Below are positions 39,141 through 52,805 of a stretch of DNA of 53,763 bases, in pieces (within the stretch, counting starts at the first letter, position 1; each line of letters begins with the position of its first letter). The translations under genes and the position numbers were made by a program. The notes under the pieces are model-generated. The model was not told the DNA's origin. It saw nothing but the letters and a program-made list of their open reading frames with translations, and searched no databases. Source of the stretch: Octopus sinensis (taxonomy: Eukaryota); assembly GCF_006345805.1 (NCBI RefSeq), contig NW_021833865.1:1-53763 (forward strand), read 5' to 3'.

Positions 39141-39190
39141 GGATGGATGGATAGATAAATAGATAAATAAATTGATAGAGAGATAGAGAG
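39005..39190 (+). repeat. (GATA)n microsatellite
   Basis: Directly visible; a complementary (TATC)n tract lies at 48330-48485. Confidence 0.95.
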
Positions 39191-39610
39191 AAATAGCTTA
39201 AATTAGATAAATACCAAATTACGACATTATGTAATATACATGTATATAGGCACTATGATACAGACACACAATACCCCACACAAACATACACACATACATA
39301 TGCATATACACACGCACTCTACGGCATACATGTATATACACACTATACTGTAACAGTCAAACAAAGCAAGCATATGTACGTGTTGTCGTTCGTTGACACC
39401 TGAATGCCGGGTCAGAGTTCAGTGACTTCTGCTTTGTCGTCTGTTGTCTTCTCTTACTAATGATATCAACCACCTACCTCCACCAACTGCTTACATACAA
39501 GAATTCGACCGAGGCTCTACCTGGTTGTATATCTGCTAGAAATAACAGCCAAATGTCCATCAAATTTCTCCCTTATCTCTTCAAAATAAAATGAGGAAAA
39601 TAAAAAAAAG

Positions 39611-40040
39611 AGATCTTTTCGGTTTGAACGGCAGTTTTTTCTAGCGGTGTCATATGAAATTGTCGCCCATAATTATGACCCTAGTATCGATCTATTGCAT
39701 TTCAATCTATTTTAAGGTTAGTTAGGGTTAGGGTTAAGGGTGGGGGAAGGGCATCTTTTTTTTCTACACAAATGTAAATAAACCCAATCTATTTCTTAAA
39801 CGAGGGACATATTCATATGGCACAGAATGTTTTTTACTTCAATAGTGTCAGTGATTGGTTGAAATTGCAGAAATTGAAGAAAAAACAAACAACAAATATC
39901 TTACAAACTATAGAATTTTCTCAATAAAGCCAAGAGAAAAAGATGCTTTATAAACACATTCTACCAGCGTACGAAGTTTAAAATTTTTTTTAGTTACCTA
40001 GAAATTATGTTAAAAACTGCCATTCAAACCGAAAAGATCC
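39611..40040. mobile_element. MITE with ~28-bp TIRs
   Basis: GATCTTTTCGGTTTGAACGGCAGTTTTT / AAAAACTGCCATTCAAACCGAAAAGATC; superfamily not assigned. Confidence 0.85.
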
Positions 40041-40469
40041 AAAAAAAGTGATACAGTAGATCAGTGGTTCTCAAGCGAGGTCCATATGGTTCCTGAGGGT
40101 CCTTTATAGGATTTTGGGGAGTCCACGCAACTAAATAGTAAATTAAGGATCCGCAATAGTATTTTTAGGGCTGTTGAAAAAAGTGTTCTTTAGATGTATG
40201 TATTGATATGCATTACAAGAAACCGCTTGCTTTTTTGTTCTAATATTTATATAATTCAATCTATATAAATTAATGTGTGGAAAACAAAAGAGGAATTTTG
40301 AAAGACGTTTCTGCAAAACTTTTGGGTTTATGCATAATTATTGCGGCTTTTTTTTTTTCAACAAATTTTATTCAACAAAAGCAATAATAATATTTAACGA
40401 AAACATCTTTAAATGACGGTCTGATCGTCTGCCAAGCAAATGGGAAGCAGAAGATAGTGAATATGCTCT

Positions 40470-40890
40470 CTTTACTCTTTTACTCTTTTACTTGTTTCAG
40501 TCATTTGACTGCGGCCATGCTGGAGCACCGCCTTTAGTCGAGCAAATCGACCCCGGGACTTATTCTTTGTAAGCCCAGTACTTATTATATCGGTCTCTTT
40601 TTGCCGAACCGCTAAGTTACGGGGACGTAAACACACCAGCATCGGTTGTCAAGCGATGCTAGGGGGGGGGGGCAAACACAGACACACAAACACATACACA
40701 CACATACATACATACATACATATATACGACAGGCTTCTTTCAGTTTCCGTCTACCAAATCCACTCACAAGGCATTGGTCGGCCCGGGGCTATAGCAGAAG
40801 ACACTTGCCCAAGATGCCACGCAGTGGGACTGAACCCAGAACCATGTGGTTGGTAGACAAGCTACTTACCACACAGCCACTCCTGCGCCT
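40470..40890 (-). mobile_element. SINE family B, best-preserved copy
   Basis: Minus-strand head GGCGCAGGAGTGGCTGTGTGG, GGTTCAGTCCC, CORE-like CTTGGGCAAGTGTCTT, and (GAGTAAAA)n tail. Confidence 0.92.
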
Positions 40891-41783
40891 ATGCTGCGGA
40901 ATAATCATTTAAAGATGCTTTTGTTACGTGTTGTTATTGTTTTCGTTAAATAAAATTTGTTGAAAAAAAGCCGCGATAATTATGTACCAACATAGAATGG
41001 ATATGGGGTCCATCAGAATAAAATAGTAGCCAAAGGGGTCCATAGAAAGAGAATGCTTAGGGAACCCTGCATTAGATAATGTATACATACGAATAAGAGC
41101 AGAAGTGGCTGTGTGGTTAAGAAACTTGCTTCTCAAACCACATGGTTCTGGGTTCAGTCCTACAGCGTGACACCTTGGGCAAGTGTCTTCTATTATGGCC
41201 TCAGACCGACCATAGTCTTTTATATGTTTCAGCCCCAAGGTCATTTAGTCGAACAAATCGACCCCAGGACTTATTCTTTGTAAGCCTAGTACTTATTCTA
41301 TCACTCACTTTTGAGATGTTGATGTGTTTATGGGGACGTAAACTCGTCAACATCAGTTGTCAAGCGATGGTGGGGGACAAACACAGGCCTACAAATACAC
41401 ACATTCATTCGTTATTTTTCTTTTTGCCAACGTGAAAAAAAGTATGTTACTGTGTGGGAGATCTTTATGGTAGTAGAAAAGGCATTTAACTCCTATTTCT
41501 AAATTCGGTGCGTGGCGAAGCAATTATCTGGCCCCTGATTATAATTATGTTTATAAATTATAGAATATATAAAAGGTTATTTTAATTATAGAATATATAA
41601 AAGGTTATTTTAACGTACCGAACTACTTGGTAAAATTATTAATATTAGTTAATTAATTAATTTTACCCTTTTATTATTATTGAAATTATATATATATATA
41701 CACCCAGGTAAGCACATAAATGTGAAACAAGGTGGGAAGAGAAAGTACTCGAATACCGGAGGTAGAGTAATATGCTTTATTAG

Positions 41784-41927
41784 TATTAAAGCTGCAAAAC
41801 CATCACAAGAATATCGCAAAAAACTGCTACTCAGAGTTTCACGTTCCCGTTCGTCAGTCGGAAACGTGACACTCTGAGTAGCAGCTTATTGTGATATTTT
41901 TGTAATGTTTTTGCAGCTTTGATAATA
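41784..41927. repeat. Fold-back palindrome containing a 5'-truncated hammerhead (41821-41859, minus strand)
   Basis: Minus strand CTGACGA-ACG-ggaa-CGT-GAAA-CTC-t-GAG-TA-GCAG; the plus-strand arm repeats the 3' half. Confidence 0.75.
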
Positions 41928-41953
41928 CCAAAGTATATATATATATAGCCTCA

Positions 41954-42356
41954 GAAGTGACTGTGTGGTAAGTAGCTTGCTTACCAACTTCATGGTTACA
42001 GGTTAGTCCCACTGCGTGGCACCTTGGGCATGTGTCTTCTACTCTAGGCTCGGGCCGACCAGAGCCTTGTGAATGGATTTGGCAGACGGAAACTGAAAGA
42101 AGCCCGTCGTATATATGTATATATATATGTATGTGTGTGTATGGTTTTGTTTCTGTGTTTGCCCCCCCCCCAACATCGCTTGACAACCGATGCTGATGCG
42201 TTTACATCCCCGTAACTTAGCGGTTGGGCAAGAGAGACCGATAAAATAAGTACTAAGCTTACAAAGAATAAGTCCTGGGGACGATTTGCTTGAGTAAAGG
42301 CGGTGCTCCGGCATGGCCGCAGTCAAATGTCTGAGACAAGTAAAAGAGTAAAAGAC
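41954..42356 (+). mobile_element. SINE family B
   Basis: Near full-length. Confidence 0.9.
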
Positions 42357-42366
42357 TATATATTAT

Positions 42367-42769
42367 TTGTTTCAGCCATTAGACTGCGGCCATGCTGGAG
42401 TACTGCCTTAGAGGGTTTTGGTCGAAAAATCGCCCCCAGACCTTATTCTTTGTAAGCTTAGTACTTATTATATCCCTCTCTTTTGCCGAACCACTAAGTT
42501 ACGGGGACGTAAACGCACCAACGTCGGTTGTCAAGTGATAGTGGGGGGGGGGGAGACAAACACAGACACAAAAACCACACGCCCAATTTCATAAATACAT
42601 ATATACGACGGGCTTCTTTTAGTTTCCGTCTACCAAATCCACTCACGAGGCTTTGGTCGACCCTATTCTATAGTGGAAGACACTTGCCCAAAGTGCCACG
42701 CAGTGGGATCGAACCCGGAACTATGTGGTTGGTACGCAAGCTTTTTACCACACAGCCACGCCTGCACCT
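42367..42769 (-). mobile_element. SINE family B (tail-to-tail with the previous copy)
   Basis: Near full-length. Confidence 0.9.
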
Positions 42770-43014
42770 AATTTTTTTAAAAGATTTTTTAATGTTATAA
42801 GTTTTTTAATAATTTTATTTTCATTCCTGTTCGAACCCGTTCATCTTGTTTTCAATTTGGCTTCAGTCATTTTCTCTACCTCCATCCAAAGGAGTTTAGC
42901 TGAGCTGGAAGAACGCACTGTGTTAGCAGTGCAGGAGGTAATTTCTGAAATGCTTCAAAATATGTTTCGCTGAGGATAGAATTAAAATTTGCAGGGATAC
43001 AGAAGAAGCACATA

Positions 43015-43385
43015 CTCTTTTACTCTTTTGCTTGTTTCAGTCATTTGACTGCGGCTATGCTGGAGCACCGCCTTTACTCGAACAAATCGACCCCAGGATT
43101 TATTCGTTGTAAGCCTAGTACTTATTCTATCGGTTTCTTTTTGCCGAACCGCTAAGTTACGGGGACGTAAACACGACAACATAGGTTGTCAAGCGATGTT
43201 GGGGGGGGGGGACTCGCACACACACATATACATATATACGACGAGCTTCTTTCAGTTTCCGTCTACCAAATCCACTCACAAGGCTTTGGTCGGCCAGAGG
43301 CTATAGTGAAGACACTTGCTCAAGGTGACACGCAGTGTGACTGAACCCGGAACCATGTGGTTGGTAAGCAAGCTACTTACCACAT
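43015..43385 (-). mobile_element. SINE family B
   Basis: Near full-length. Further fragments at about 9934-10040, 14150-14340, 17510-17680, 35243-35300, 38690-38910, 41100-41400, 43545-43640, 44003-44160 and 48705-48865. Confidence 0.88.
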
Positions 43386-43685
43386 ACCCATGAAAATTTT
43401 CTATAAAGTTTTGACGTAAAATGTATAAATCTATAAATCATAATGAAGTTAAAAAAAAAGACATAGAATTTTTTTTTTTTTAATTTGACCGATTTCATTG
43501 AAATAGTTAATTCTGGGACACCCAGTATATGAATAATCTTTTACTCTCTTATTTGTTTCAGTCATTTGACTGCCACCATGCTGGAGCACCGCCTTTAGTC
43601 GAACAAAGCAACCCCAAAACTTATTCTTTGTAAGCCTAGTGATGACGGGGGACAAACACTGATGCACGAATACATAGACACACAC

Positions 43686-43716
<31 letters not shown>

Positions 43717-43730
43717 TACACATATGATAA

Positions 43731-43871
43731 GATAAGAAAATAAAGAGATAATTAATAAAATATTATTTATTAATTAAAAAATTGATAAACATCTCTTACA
43801 GCTATAAGAAATGTTTGTCAATTTTTTAATTAATAAATAATAATTTATTAATTATCTCTCTATTATCTTAT
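43731..43871. repeat. ~68-bp-arm AT-rich palindrome
   Basis: AATTAAAAAATTGATAAACATCTCTTA / TAAGAAATGTTTGTCAATTTTTTAATT with outer arms. Confidence 0.85.
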
Positions 43872-44796
43872 TTAGATAAATAAATATATATAAACCACCG
43901 GTTATATAATTACCTTACAGTTGAATATTAATTATAATGTTCAAAATTCATTGTATAGGTAACTAACCAGTGATTTCATAGGATTCTGCTATCCCTTAAT
44001 GAGGGCTTCTTCCAGTTTCCGTCCACCATATCCACTCACACGGCTTTGGACGGCCCGAGGCTATAATGGAAGATACTTGCCCAAAGTACCACCCAGTGGG
44101 ACTGAACCCGGAACCATGAGGTTGGGAAGCAAGCTTCTTACTACACAGCCACGCCTGCACCTACATAGCCACGCCTGCGCCTACACAGTCACACCTGCGC
44201 CATAGCGGTCGCTCTCAATACGAAAACCTAACATTAGCAACTTATTTGTACTGAATCCTTTACTGAATTGTTCGTACGAAACGTAAGACTGAAAATATCT
44301 GTTTCCATCTGTTTGCCTTCGTCTAAATTTCTGTTTCAAGATATTCTAAAGGGTGGAGTTCTAAACTCCCAAACGCCACTCTTAACGAAGAATGCCAGGT
44401 GCTGCTTTTTGTGTGGTTTCTACCTTCAAACCTGCTCAGCTACGTTAACCTCCTGGTATTATGATCTCCAGCAGTTAAGACTTAGGAGGTTTTTTGCACA
44501 CGCACACACTCGTGTAGCTAGAGGGGGCGGTCCGCCGCGGGAGGCACGTACTTCAGCTGCACTACTGCATGCGTAAATGCCTTTCTACACTCAACCTTTT
44601 TTTTATTATTCATTCATCTCTCCGCGCGTATTACGCCTGTCTTCAGTTTATGAATTACCCATTTGACAAACTTTAGTCATATCTATAAATATATGTGCAT
44701 ACGTAAACACACACACACACACACATACACACACACACACACTCTCACAAACACACGCACACACACACATACATATGCATACATAGATATGTGTGT

Positions 44797-44837
<41 letters not shown>

Positions 44838-44844
44838 CGTATAC

Positions 44845-44886
<42 letters not shown>

Positions 44887-44927
44887 ATATATATAATATA
44901 TATATATATATAATATATATATATGAA

Positions 44928-45266
44928 GGCGCATGGCTCAGAGGTTAGAGCGTCGAGCTTACGATCGTGAGGTTGTGAGCTCGAATCCCGGACCGGGCTG
45001 CGTGTTGTGTTCTTGAGCAAGACACTTTATTTCACGTTGCTCCAGTTCACTCAGCTGTAGAATTGAGTTGCGACGTCACTGGTGCCAAGCTGTATCGACC
45101 TTTGTCTTTCCCTTGTATAACACTGGTGGCGTGGAGAGAGGAGGCCGGTATGCATGGGCGACTGCTGGTCTTCCATAAACAACCTTGCCCGGACTTGTGT
45201 CTAGGAGGGTAACTTTCTAGGTGCAATCCCATGGTCATTCATGACCGAAGGGGGCTTTACCCCTTT
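44928..45266 (+). mobile_element. tRNA-derived SINE family E (CORE-like)
   Basis: TGGCTCAGAGG A box, GCTCGAATCCC B box, TGTGTTCTTGAGCAAGACAC CORE-like segment, distinct tail. Confidence 0.8.
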
Positions 45267-45278
45267 ATATATATATAA

Positions 45279-45350
<72 letters not shown>

Positions 45351-45380
45351 AATATGTATTTATATATATATATACATGTA

Positions 45381-45420
<40 letters not shown>

Positions 45421-46835
45421 TATACATATCTGCACATATATATATATACCTTCTCTAATTCACTTTTTCTCTCCTTCACCGTTTTCTATCTGTCTCTCTC
45501 TCCCTTTTTCTCCTTTTCTCTCTCTCTCTCGTTGCTCAAACGTGACCATCGTCCATCTTTCTTTTTCTCACGTGACCATCTTTCTTTTCCTATATGACGT
45601 CCTAAGAATTAGACTTCTTCTAGCTATCTCTTCTGTCTTTTCTCATTTCAAAGAAAATATTTCTTCCAGCGTTCACTATTTCCCCCGCCTCGTTCTGGTC
45701 TAACGACCCTCCATTTCTGTTTTTGTTCGGTTTCCTTGTATGTCCTGTTTTCGTTCCCAACTTTGACTCCCCATAAATCCCAAATTTTATGTTGGTATTA
45801 ATGGGAGCAACTGTCTTCGAAGACTCATATTGTCGTTCAATGCTTGAAATGAAGAGTAGATAGACAGCCGACAACTGATGAAGGTTCGTTCTTTGTGTTA
45901 CTTGTCCTGTTTTCAGTTTCTTTTCTCTCGTTGTTTACGTATTTAACTCGCTTGGTTCGTATTTCATGTTGTTTACAGTTGGTGCCGTCCTGTAATAGGG
46001 CTGGGCAACGAGTTTCCCTTTGTAGCTATGCCAAAAGATGCTGTCTATATGAAAGACAAGACTGATTGACTGACGATGATCTTATTTCTCAATGAATTTC
46101 TCATTGACTTTATGAAATTCCACTTGGAAAGAAAAGCAAAGGTGGAGAGAGATGTGCTCTCTCTCTCTCTACTAGGGGAGTTTTGAAAAAATATTTTAAG
46201 AAATGGGTGACTTGCGAAAATGATTAGAGCGAATGGAACTACGCTGGTCTCATATTGAAATCTAGGAGAATACACAAAGGAGGTATAAAAACGTCTTAAA
46301 GCAAGACTAACAATTCCTGTTTGAACCTCATCGGAAAAAAATTCTTACAAGTTACCACGTATTGGGCAAATAGCATTGAGAGTCCCGAATGGTATCCAGT
46401 TAATCAATTAGGTTATTAGAAAAGGTATTGTACAATGTCACATTTTGGGGTAGTTGGCTATATAGATTGTACTTTTGTTATCTGGACAATCGACCTATAA
46501 GTTTTAGACAGAAAATTTAGTACTGAATGCTAAAAGTACGTAATTTCCGGCATGGAAAACCTATAATTAACGGATTAACAAGCTTGTCAAGCGGGAATTT
46601 TGGAAGTATTTTATAAATGATAAATGGCGGTTGAGATTAAGCAAAAAATATAATTCACATCGTTTAGTTTTAGTAAAGACACCTGTGATAGAAAATACTA
46701 GAGATTGTGTAAGCAGGTACAAGACAAGAAAATATAGAAAAGACATCGCAGCCAAACGCTTTGTGTTGAGAATAATACGCTCATATTATAGGTTGCACGA
46801 ATGGGAGTTTTTGCTGAAGTTACATTAGCGTAATG

Positions 46836-47081
46836 CAGTGGTTCACAACTAGGGTTCATATGACCCTTAGGGGCCTAAGTAAGATTTTCTTAAAGTTTAT
46901 GTTCAATTACCTGGTTATACATTTACAATATGCAAGATATTTTGACAAGTTTTTATACAATTCTTAATATTTAGATATAAAAATATAACAGGTCTTTTGA
47001 AACACTGAACGACAATGAAGGTCCAGCAGATTTAAATAGGAACCAAAGGGGTCACAGGCAAACATTGGTTGAAAACCACTG
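46836..47081. mobile_element. hAT-like MITE
   Basis: TIRs CAGTGGTTCACAAC / GTTGAAAACCACTG; TSD degenerate. Related ends at about 40062 and 6532. Confidence 0.65.
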
Positions 47082-47781
47082 GTTTAATAGGAAGTCTCTT
47101 CCCAGGGGTAGGAGGAAATTGTGACCTGTGGCCTACAATACCGAAGTATATCTCCACCCTCCAAAGAAAATTGGTGACTGACGCAAATGAACTCCCTGGG
47201 AAATCTGAATTCGAGGAACAGATGCCAGTGATCAATGAAAAGGGAACAAGACCGAAGATGCTAAATGGGGTTACTTTTACATATCTCTAAAAGATCGATA
47301 TTTTTCAGGATCAGAGATATTGCCTTCTATTACAAAACATTGATAAGAAAATATAGTGGGAAGAGACTCGTTTTGGAATTTGGTGAGTTCAAGAACTATC
47401 TTTGGAGTATACTGTTTAAAGTAATTGAAAAACAACGTCGGAGTTAGTGACATTGTTTGACTGGAATAAATGGAAACATTTTAGTTCTTGGCGCTTGTTT
47501 ATATGTGAGGTTGGAGTAGACACATAAAACTCAAGAGGGGTTTTTGGTTTATGCGTACAAAGTAGAACATAGTGGGCGGAAACAGCAGGAATATATGTAT
47601 GTAAGAGTGTTTACAGAATTATCTAGGTTGAATATTTGTTGGTGGGAGGGTTCTGAAAAGTTAATGGAGACAGTATCAGCAAAACACCAGAAAGCCTGGT
47701 TGCAAGACATTAGACAGGAGATCTTGCAGGCCTTGCTATTGAAGATAGCATCGAACGGATCTGATCCTAAAGAAGGGCTGT

Positions 47782-48015
47782 GGGAGCATGTGGCTCAGTG
47801 GTTAGGGTGTTGAGTTCGTGATTATAAGATTGTGGTTTCGATTCCCGGACTGGGTGATGCATTGTGTTCTTGACCAAACACTTCCTTCCACGTTGCTTCG
47901 GTCCACTCAGCTAGCAAAAATGAACAACCTTGTGACGGACCGGTGTCCCGTCCAGTCAGGGAATTTATACGGCATGGAAACCAGAGAACAGGCTCTAAGA
48001 ATCAATATGACTCGG
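47782..48015 (+). mobile_element. SINE (CORE-like head + tail C)
   Basis: TGGCTCAGTGG and GGTTTCGATTCCC boxes; CORE-like segment; GACGGACCGGTGTCCCGTCCAG tail. Confidence 0.7.
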
Positions 48016-48327
48016 TAAAGTAACTTCACAAACATAAAAATAGGGCTCAAAATTTCACTAAAATTTTGCTAAACTATTTGGAAGGAATCTAGATTGGAAT
48101 CTACTTTATTGCGTAATCTCAGTTCTATAGAAGAAAAAAAAAGGTTCTAGAGTGTTCCAAAAGATTTACAGATTTGTAACATTATTTTTGATAGAAGAAA
48201 TTGTGAGTGAAAGATCTTTAGCGGTATTGGTCTGACTAAAAAACACTATTGAAGAACGCCGATTTGTTCTCTCATGTCTTGTATCACTACTACTGGAAAC
48301 ATCCCCAGTCTTATCTCACTCGTTTTA

Positions 48328-48420
<93 letters not shown>

Positions 48421-48443
48421 GTCTGTCTATCTATCTGTCTATA

Positions 48444-48486
<43 letters not shown>

Positions 48487-48626
48487 ACATATGTATGTAT
48501 GAATACATACATACCTACGTATGTATGCATATATATAAATACATATAAATATATATATGCACGCACACACATATATATACACATATATATATATGCATAC
48601 ACACACACATATATATATTTGCATAC

Positions 48627-48665
<39 letters not shown>

Positions 48666-49037
48666 AATATATATCTATTTATACAAACACACACACACAT
48701 ATATACGACGGTCTTTCAGTTTCCGTCTACCAAATCCACTTACAAGGCCTTGGTCGGCCCGAGGCTATAGTTGAAACACCTGCCCAAGGTGCCATGCAGT
48801 GGGAATGAACCAGGAACATGTGGTTGGTAAGCAAATAATTAACCACACAGCCACTCCTGCGCCTATATATATGTGTGTGTGTTTGTATAGATATATATAT
48901 ATACATATATATATATATGTATGTATGTATGCATACTTTACGAATGCACATGTAAATTTTGTTAGAAATACATTCTATAAATGTTATGCTTGTATACATA
49001 CACAATGACAGCCTACACTTAAACACACACACACACA

Positions 49038-49071
<34 letters not shown>

Positions 49072-49364
49072 ATGTGTATACTTATATATATACGTGGGTA
49101 AAAGTGATTGATTGTTTCTTCATAACCTCCGTACGTTCTTGCAGTTACTTTTGTATTCTGGCTTCATAAAATTTCCCGTGGGAAATCTTGGGTCTTGTGT
49201 TACACAATAAAGAATCCTTCGATCTTAACTGTCTGCTCTGCTTTAACACCAGACACCTCAACGTTGAGTCTTATTCTTCATTCACGCCTTCTCCGTTTAA
49301 TGTTATCTTATGTTGATCGCATCCACATCTATTCCTGCCTTCTGTTATTTTATTTATGCGCACT

Positions 49365-49659
49365 TTTCAAGCCTAGCCAGGCTCATGGGTCCGGTTTCCC
49401 GGTTTCTGTGGCGTATGCGTTCCTCCCAGCTGGACGGGACGCCAATCCATCGCAGCGTTACCCGAGAAGCAGGAAGAAAGTGTGAGAGAAAATTGGGGCG
49501 AAAGAGTACAGCAGGGGTCACCACCCCCCACTGCCGGAGACTCGTGGAGCCTTTAGTTGTTTTCGCTCAATAAACACTCACAAGGCCCGGTCTGGGAATC
49601 GAAACAGCGATCCTCCGACCGCGAGTCCGCTGCCCTAACCACTGGGCCATTACGCCTCC
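49365..49659 (-). mobile_element. SINE (head D + tail C variant)
   Basis: Head as in 1771-2084; tail GCGATGGATTGGCGTCCCGTCCAG...GAAACCGGGAAACCGG. Confidence 0.8.
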
Positions 49660-49714
49660 ACGCCTTCTTTAACGTTATGTTTTTCAAAGAATTTTCAACG
49701 AAATTTATCTCGTT

Positions 49715-50460
49715 TTACCTGTTTCAGTCACTTGACCGCGGTCATGCTGGAGCCCCGTTTTGAAGGGTTTTAGTCGTGTCTATTGATCGTAGTGCTTACG
49801 GTTTTTTTCGTTTAAGTTTGTTACTTATTCTATCGGTCTCCTTTACCGGAGCTCTAAGTTACGGAGACGTAACTAAACCAACACTGTTTGCCAGGCGGTG
49901 TGGGCAGTGACGATGACACAACATACACACACACAAGCACACACATAAACACACACACCAGGCACGCACACACACACACGCATGGACACATATACACACA
50001 CATACGCATACACACGCACGCACACATGCACATACACACATACACACATACACGCATATGCACATATATACACACATATACACACAAGCACACACACAGA
50101 CACGCACACACATAGACACACAACACACACATGCACACACACGCTCACATACGCACGCACACTCACGCGCACACGCACATGCACACATACACATACACAC
50201 ATACACACACATACACACTTGCACATACATGCACACATACACATGCACACATATACACACACAGGCACACACATGCACACACATATGCACGCACACTTAT
50301 ACACACATATACACATACAGACATACATTCCTAGTTTCCGTCTACGGAATTCACTCACAAGGCCTTGGTTACCCCAGGGATATAGCAGAACACACGCAAG
50401 ATACCACACAGAGAGACGAAACAAGGAACAATGTGGTTGCAACACGAGCTTCTGAAGAAC
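49715..50460 (-). mobile_element. Old SINE family B copy with ~420-bp expanded internal (CA)n
   Basis: Tail 49715-49900, microsatellite 49910-50330, head remnant 50330-50460. Another old copy lies at 50720-51125. Confidence 0.7.
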
Positions 50461-50909
50461 ACAGGTATGTCTGTTTATTTTTTCAGTTTCTATATCTTTT
50501 CTATCTTCTTCTTTTACTTGTTTCATTCATTTGACTGTCGCCATGCTGGAGCACCGCCTTACTTTGGTGCATTATCAAATATGTGTAATTACTCTAATAG
50601 ATCTCCATGTTTAGTGTACAACTTGAGTTGCTAACTATGTACAGCAGATAACTGACGGCCCTTTCATACCCAATTTATACCCAATTTAACGTTTTGGCTT
50701 TATCTTTTTTTTTTTTTTGCTTGCTTCGGTCATTGGATTTCAGCCATGCTGGGTACAGCCTTGAAGGTTTTAGTCGAACAAATAAGCGCAAGTACATTTG
50801 TTTTACTTGTAGGACTCTTCTGCCGAACCGTTAAGCTACGGGGAGGCAACAAACCAGCACCAGTTGCCAAACGGTGGGGATGTGGCAAGCACAGACACAA
50901 AAGCAGACA

Positions 50910-50964
<55 letters not shown>

Positions 50965-51239
50965 CGACGGGCTTCCGTACAGTTTCCATCTACCAAACTC
51001 TCTCATACGATATTAGTCGACCCGGATCTATAGCAGAAGATACTCATCAAAGCGTTGCACAGTGGGGTTGAACCCGAAGCCTCTTGGTAAGGCGAGCTTC
51101 ATAACCACACGGCCATGTCTGTGCCTGTGACGACTGACTGTCTTCCCATAGCATTTACATACGAGTCCAGCCTGGTTCAATGTTTTCGTTTGGTTCAAAG
51201 TGCAGAATATTGCCTACAAAATCTCGAAGGAGTTTCCTA

Positions 51240-51477
51240 ATACCTATTTCTTTACTACCCACAAGGGGCTAAACACAGAGAGGACAAACAAAGACAGACA
51301 AACGGATTAAGTCGATTATATCGACCCCAGTGCGTAACTGGTACTTATTTAATCGACCCCGAAAGGATGAAAGCAAAGTCGACCTCGGTGGAATTTGAAC
51401 TCAGAACGTAGCGACAGACGAAATACTGCAAAGCATTTCACCCGGCGTGCTAACGGTTCTGCCAGCTCACCGCCTTG
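51240..51477 (-). mobile_element. SINE family A monomer
   Basis: Head plus one unit. Confidence 0.88.
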
Positions 51478-52254
51478 GAGTATCCTAATATCGCTAACTG
51501 GAAACCTCTTATGAGCAAACGGGGAACTATTGCACCATTACTCGAAATACTAGAAATAGCAGCTTACAGTCTTAAAAAGGAAAGGTACATAGGTTAATGT
51601 ATATCTAGATAAATACGAAGGAATGGTCACGACTGGAACATCTTTGATCATAGTTTTGCACGATCAAAGTTAATCTAGAAATGAGAAACAACTACAACTG
51701 GGAGAAATTACCCAAGGTTTCAAAACTTGCAGAACAGCCATCAAGAGTGAAGAAGATGTCTTTGTACTAAATACGGCCTGCACGCTTTTTCGTTTCCTAA
51801 ACTGCAATAGAGCCTTTGGTTTTTTGCCAAGTGGATCTCTTCTAACAGAGAAAAACCTCCTACCCATCACCTCTCAGCCCTAATGGATCTGTTCGTAGCA
51901 TTCCAAATTTTACACAAAATGGAATCTGATCTTTGTTAATGAGTGCTTTGATGTGTTTTAAAGAACTTATGACTGTATTCTGAGCCGGGAAATTGCCCGA
52001 AAAGATACGTTTTTAAACATATTCATGTTTTAAATAGCTGCTTAGATTATGCTGAGGTGAAAGGAATTACAAAAATGTGTTTCTTAAGGTAAATATTTAT
52101 AAATAAATCATTTAACGATGTTTCTCGAAGCAAAGACGGCTATAAATAATTGCTTGTAATATTTTGAGTTAAAATTCTTTTGGATGAAGAAAAGACTCAA
52201 GGTTACTCATGAGACGCAAACCAAACATGCTCTGTCAGCCATATTTTGGCCTCA

Positions 52255-52805
52255 AATTTTGGTTTAATACCAGCAGTTTTGGGGGAGAGGCTAAGGCAAT
52301 TAAATGGACCCCAGTGCGTAACTGGGACTTATTTCATCGATCCCGAAAGCGTGAAAGGCAAAGTCGACATCGGCGGAATTTAAACTCAGCTCTTTCACCG
52401 ATATATTCTTTTCTACTGTAGACACAAGACCCGAAATTTTGGGGGTGGGGGCCACTCGATTAGATCGACCCCAGTACGCAACTGGTACTTAATTTATTGA
52501 CTTCGATTGGACGAAAGGCAAAGTCGACCTCGGCAGAATTTGAACTCAGAACATAGAGACAGACGAAATACCTATTTCGTTACAACCCACAAGGGGTTAA
52601 ACACAGAGGGGACAAACTAGGACAGACAAACGGATTAAGTCGATTACATCGACCCCAGTGCGTAAATGGTTCTTAATTTATCGACCCCGAAAGGATGAAA
52701 GGCAAAGTCGACCTTGACGGAATTTGAACTCAGAACGTAACGGCAGACGAAATACGGCTACGCATTTCGCCCGGCGTGCTAACGTTTCTGCCAGCTCGCC
52801 GCCTT
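52255..52805 (-). mobile_element. SINE family A arrays
   Basis: Head at about 52800; unit starts at 52755 and 52571 (184 bp apart). Confidence 0.88.

Noticed and set aside
39718-39740. TTAGGG telomeric repeats
   Set aside because: Only 2-3 units inside a MITE; not an interstitial telomere array.
45875-45910. CTGATGA core
   Set aside because: No GAAA or stem II follows.
51670-51875. Short open frames on both strands in unique sequence
   Set aside because: No recognisable domain or convincing splice sites.
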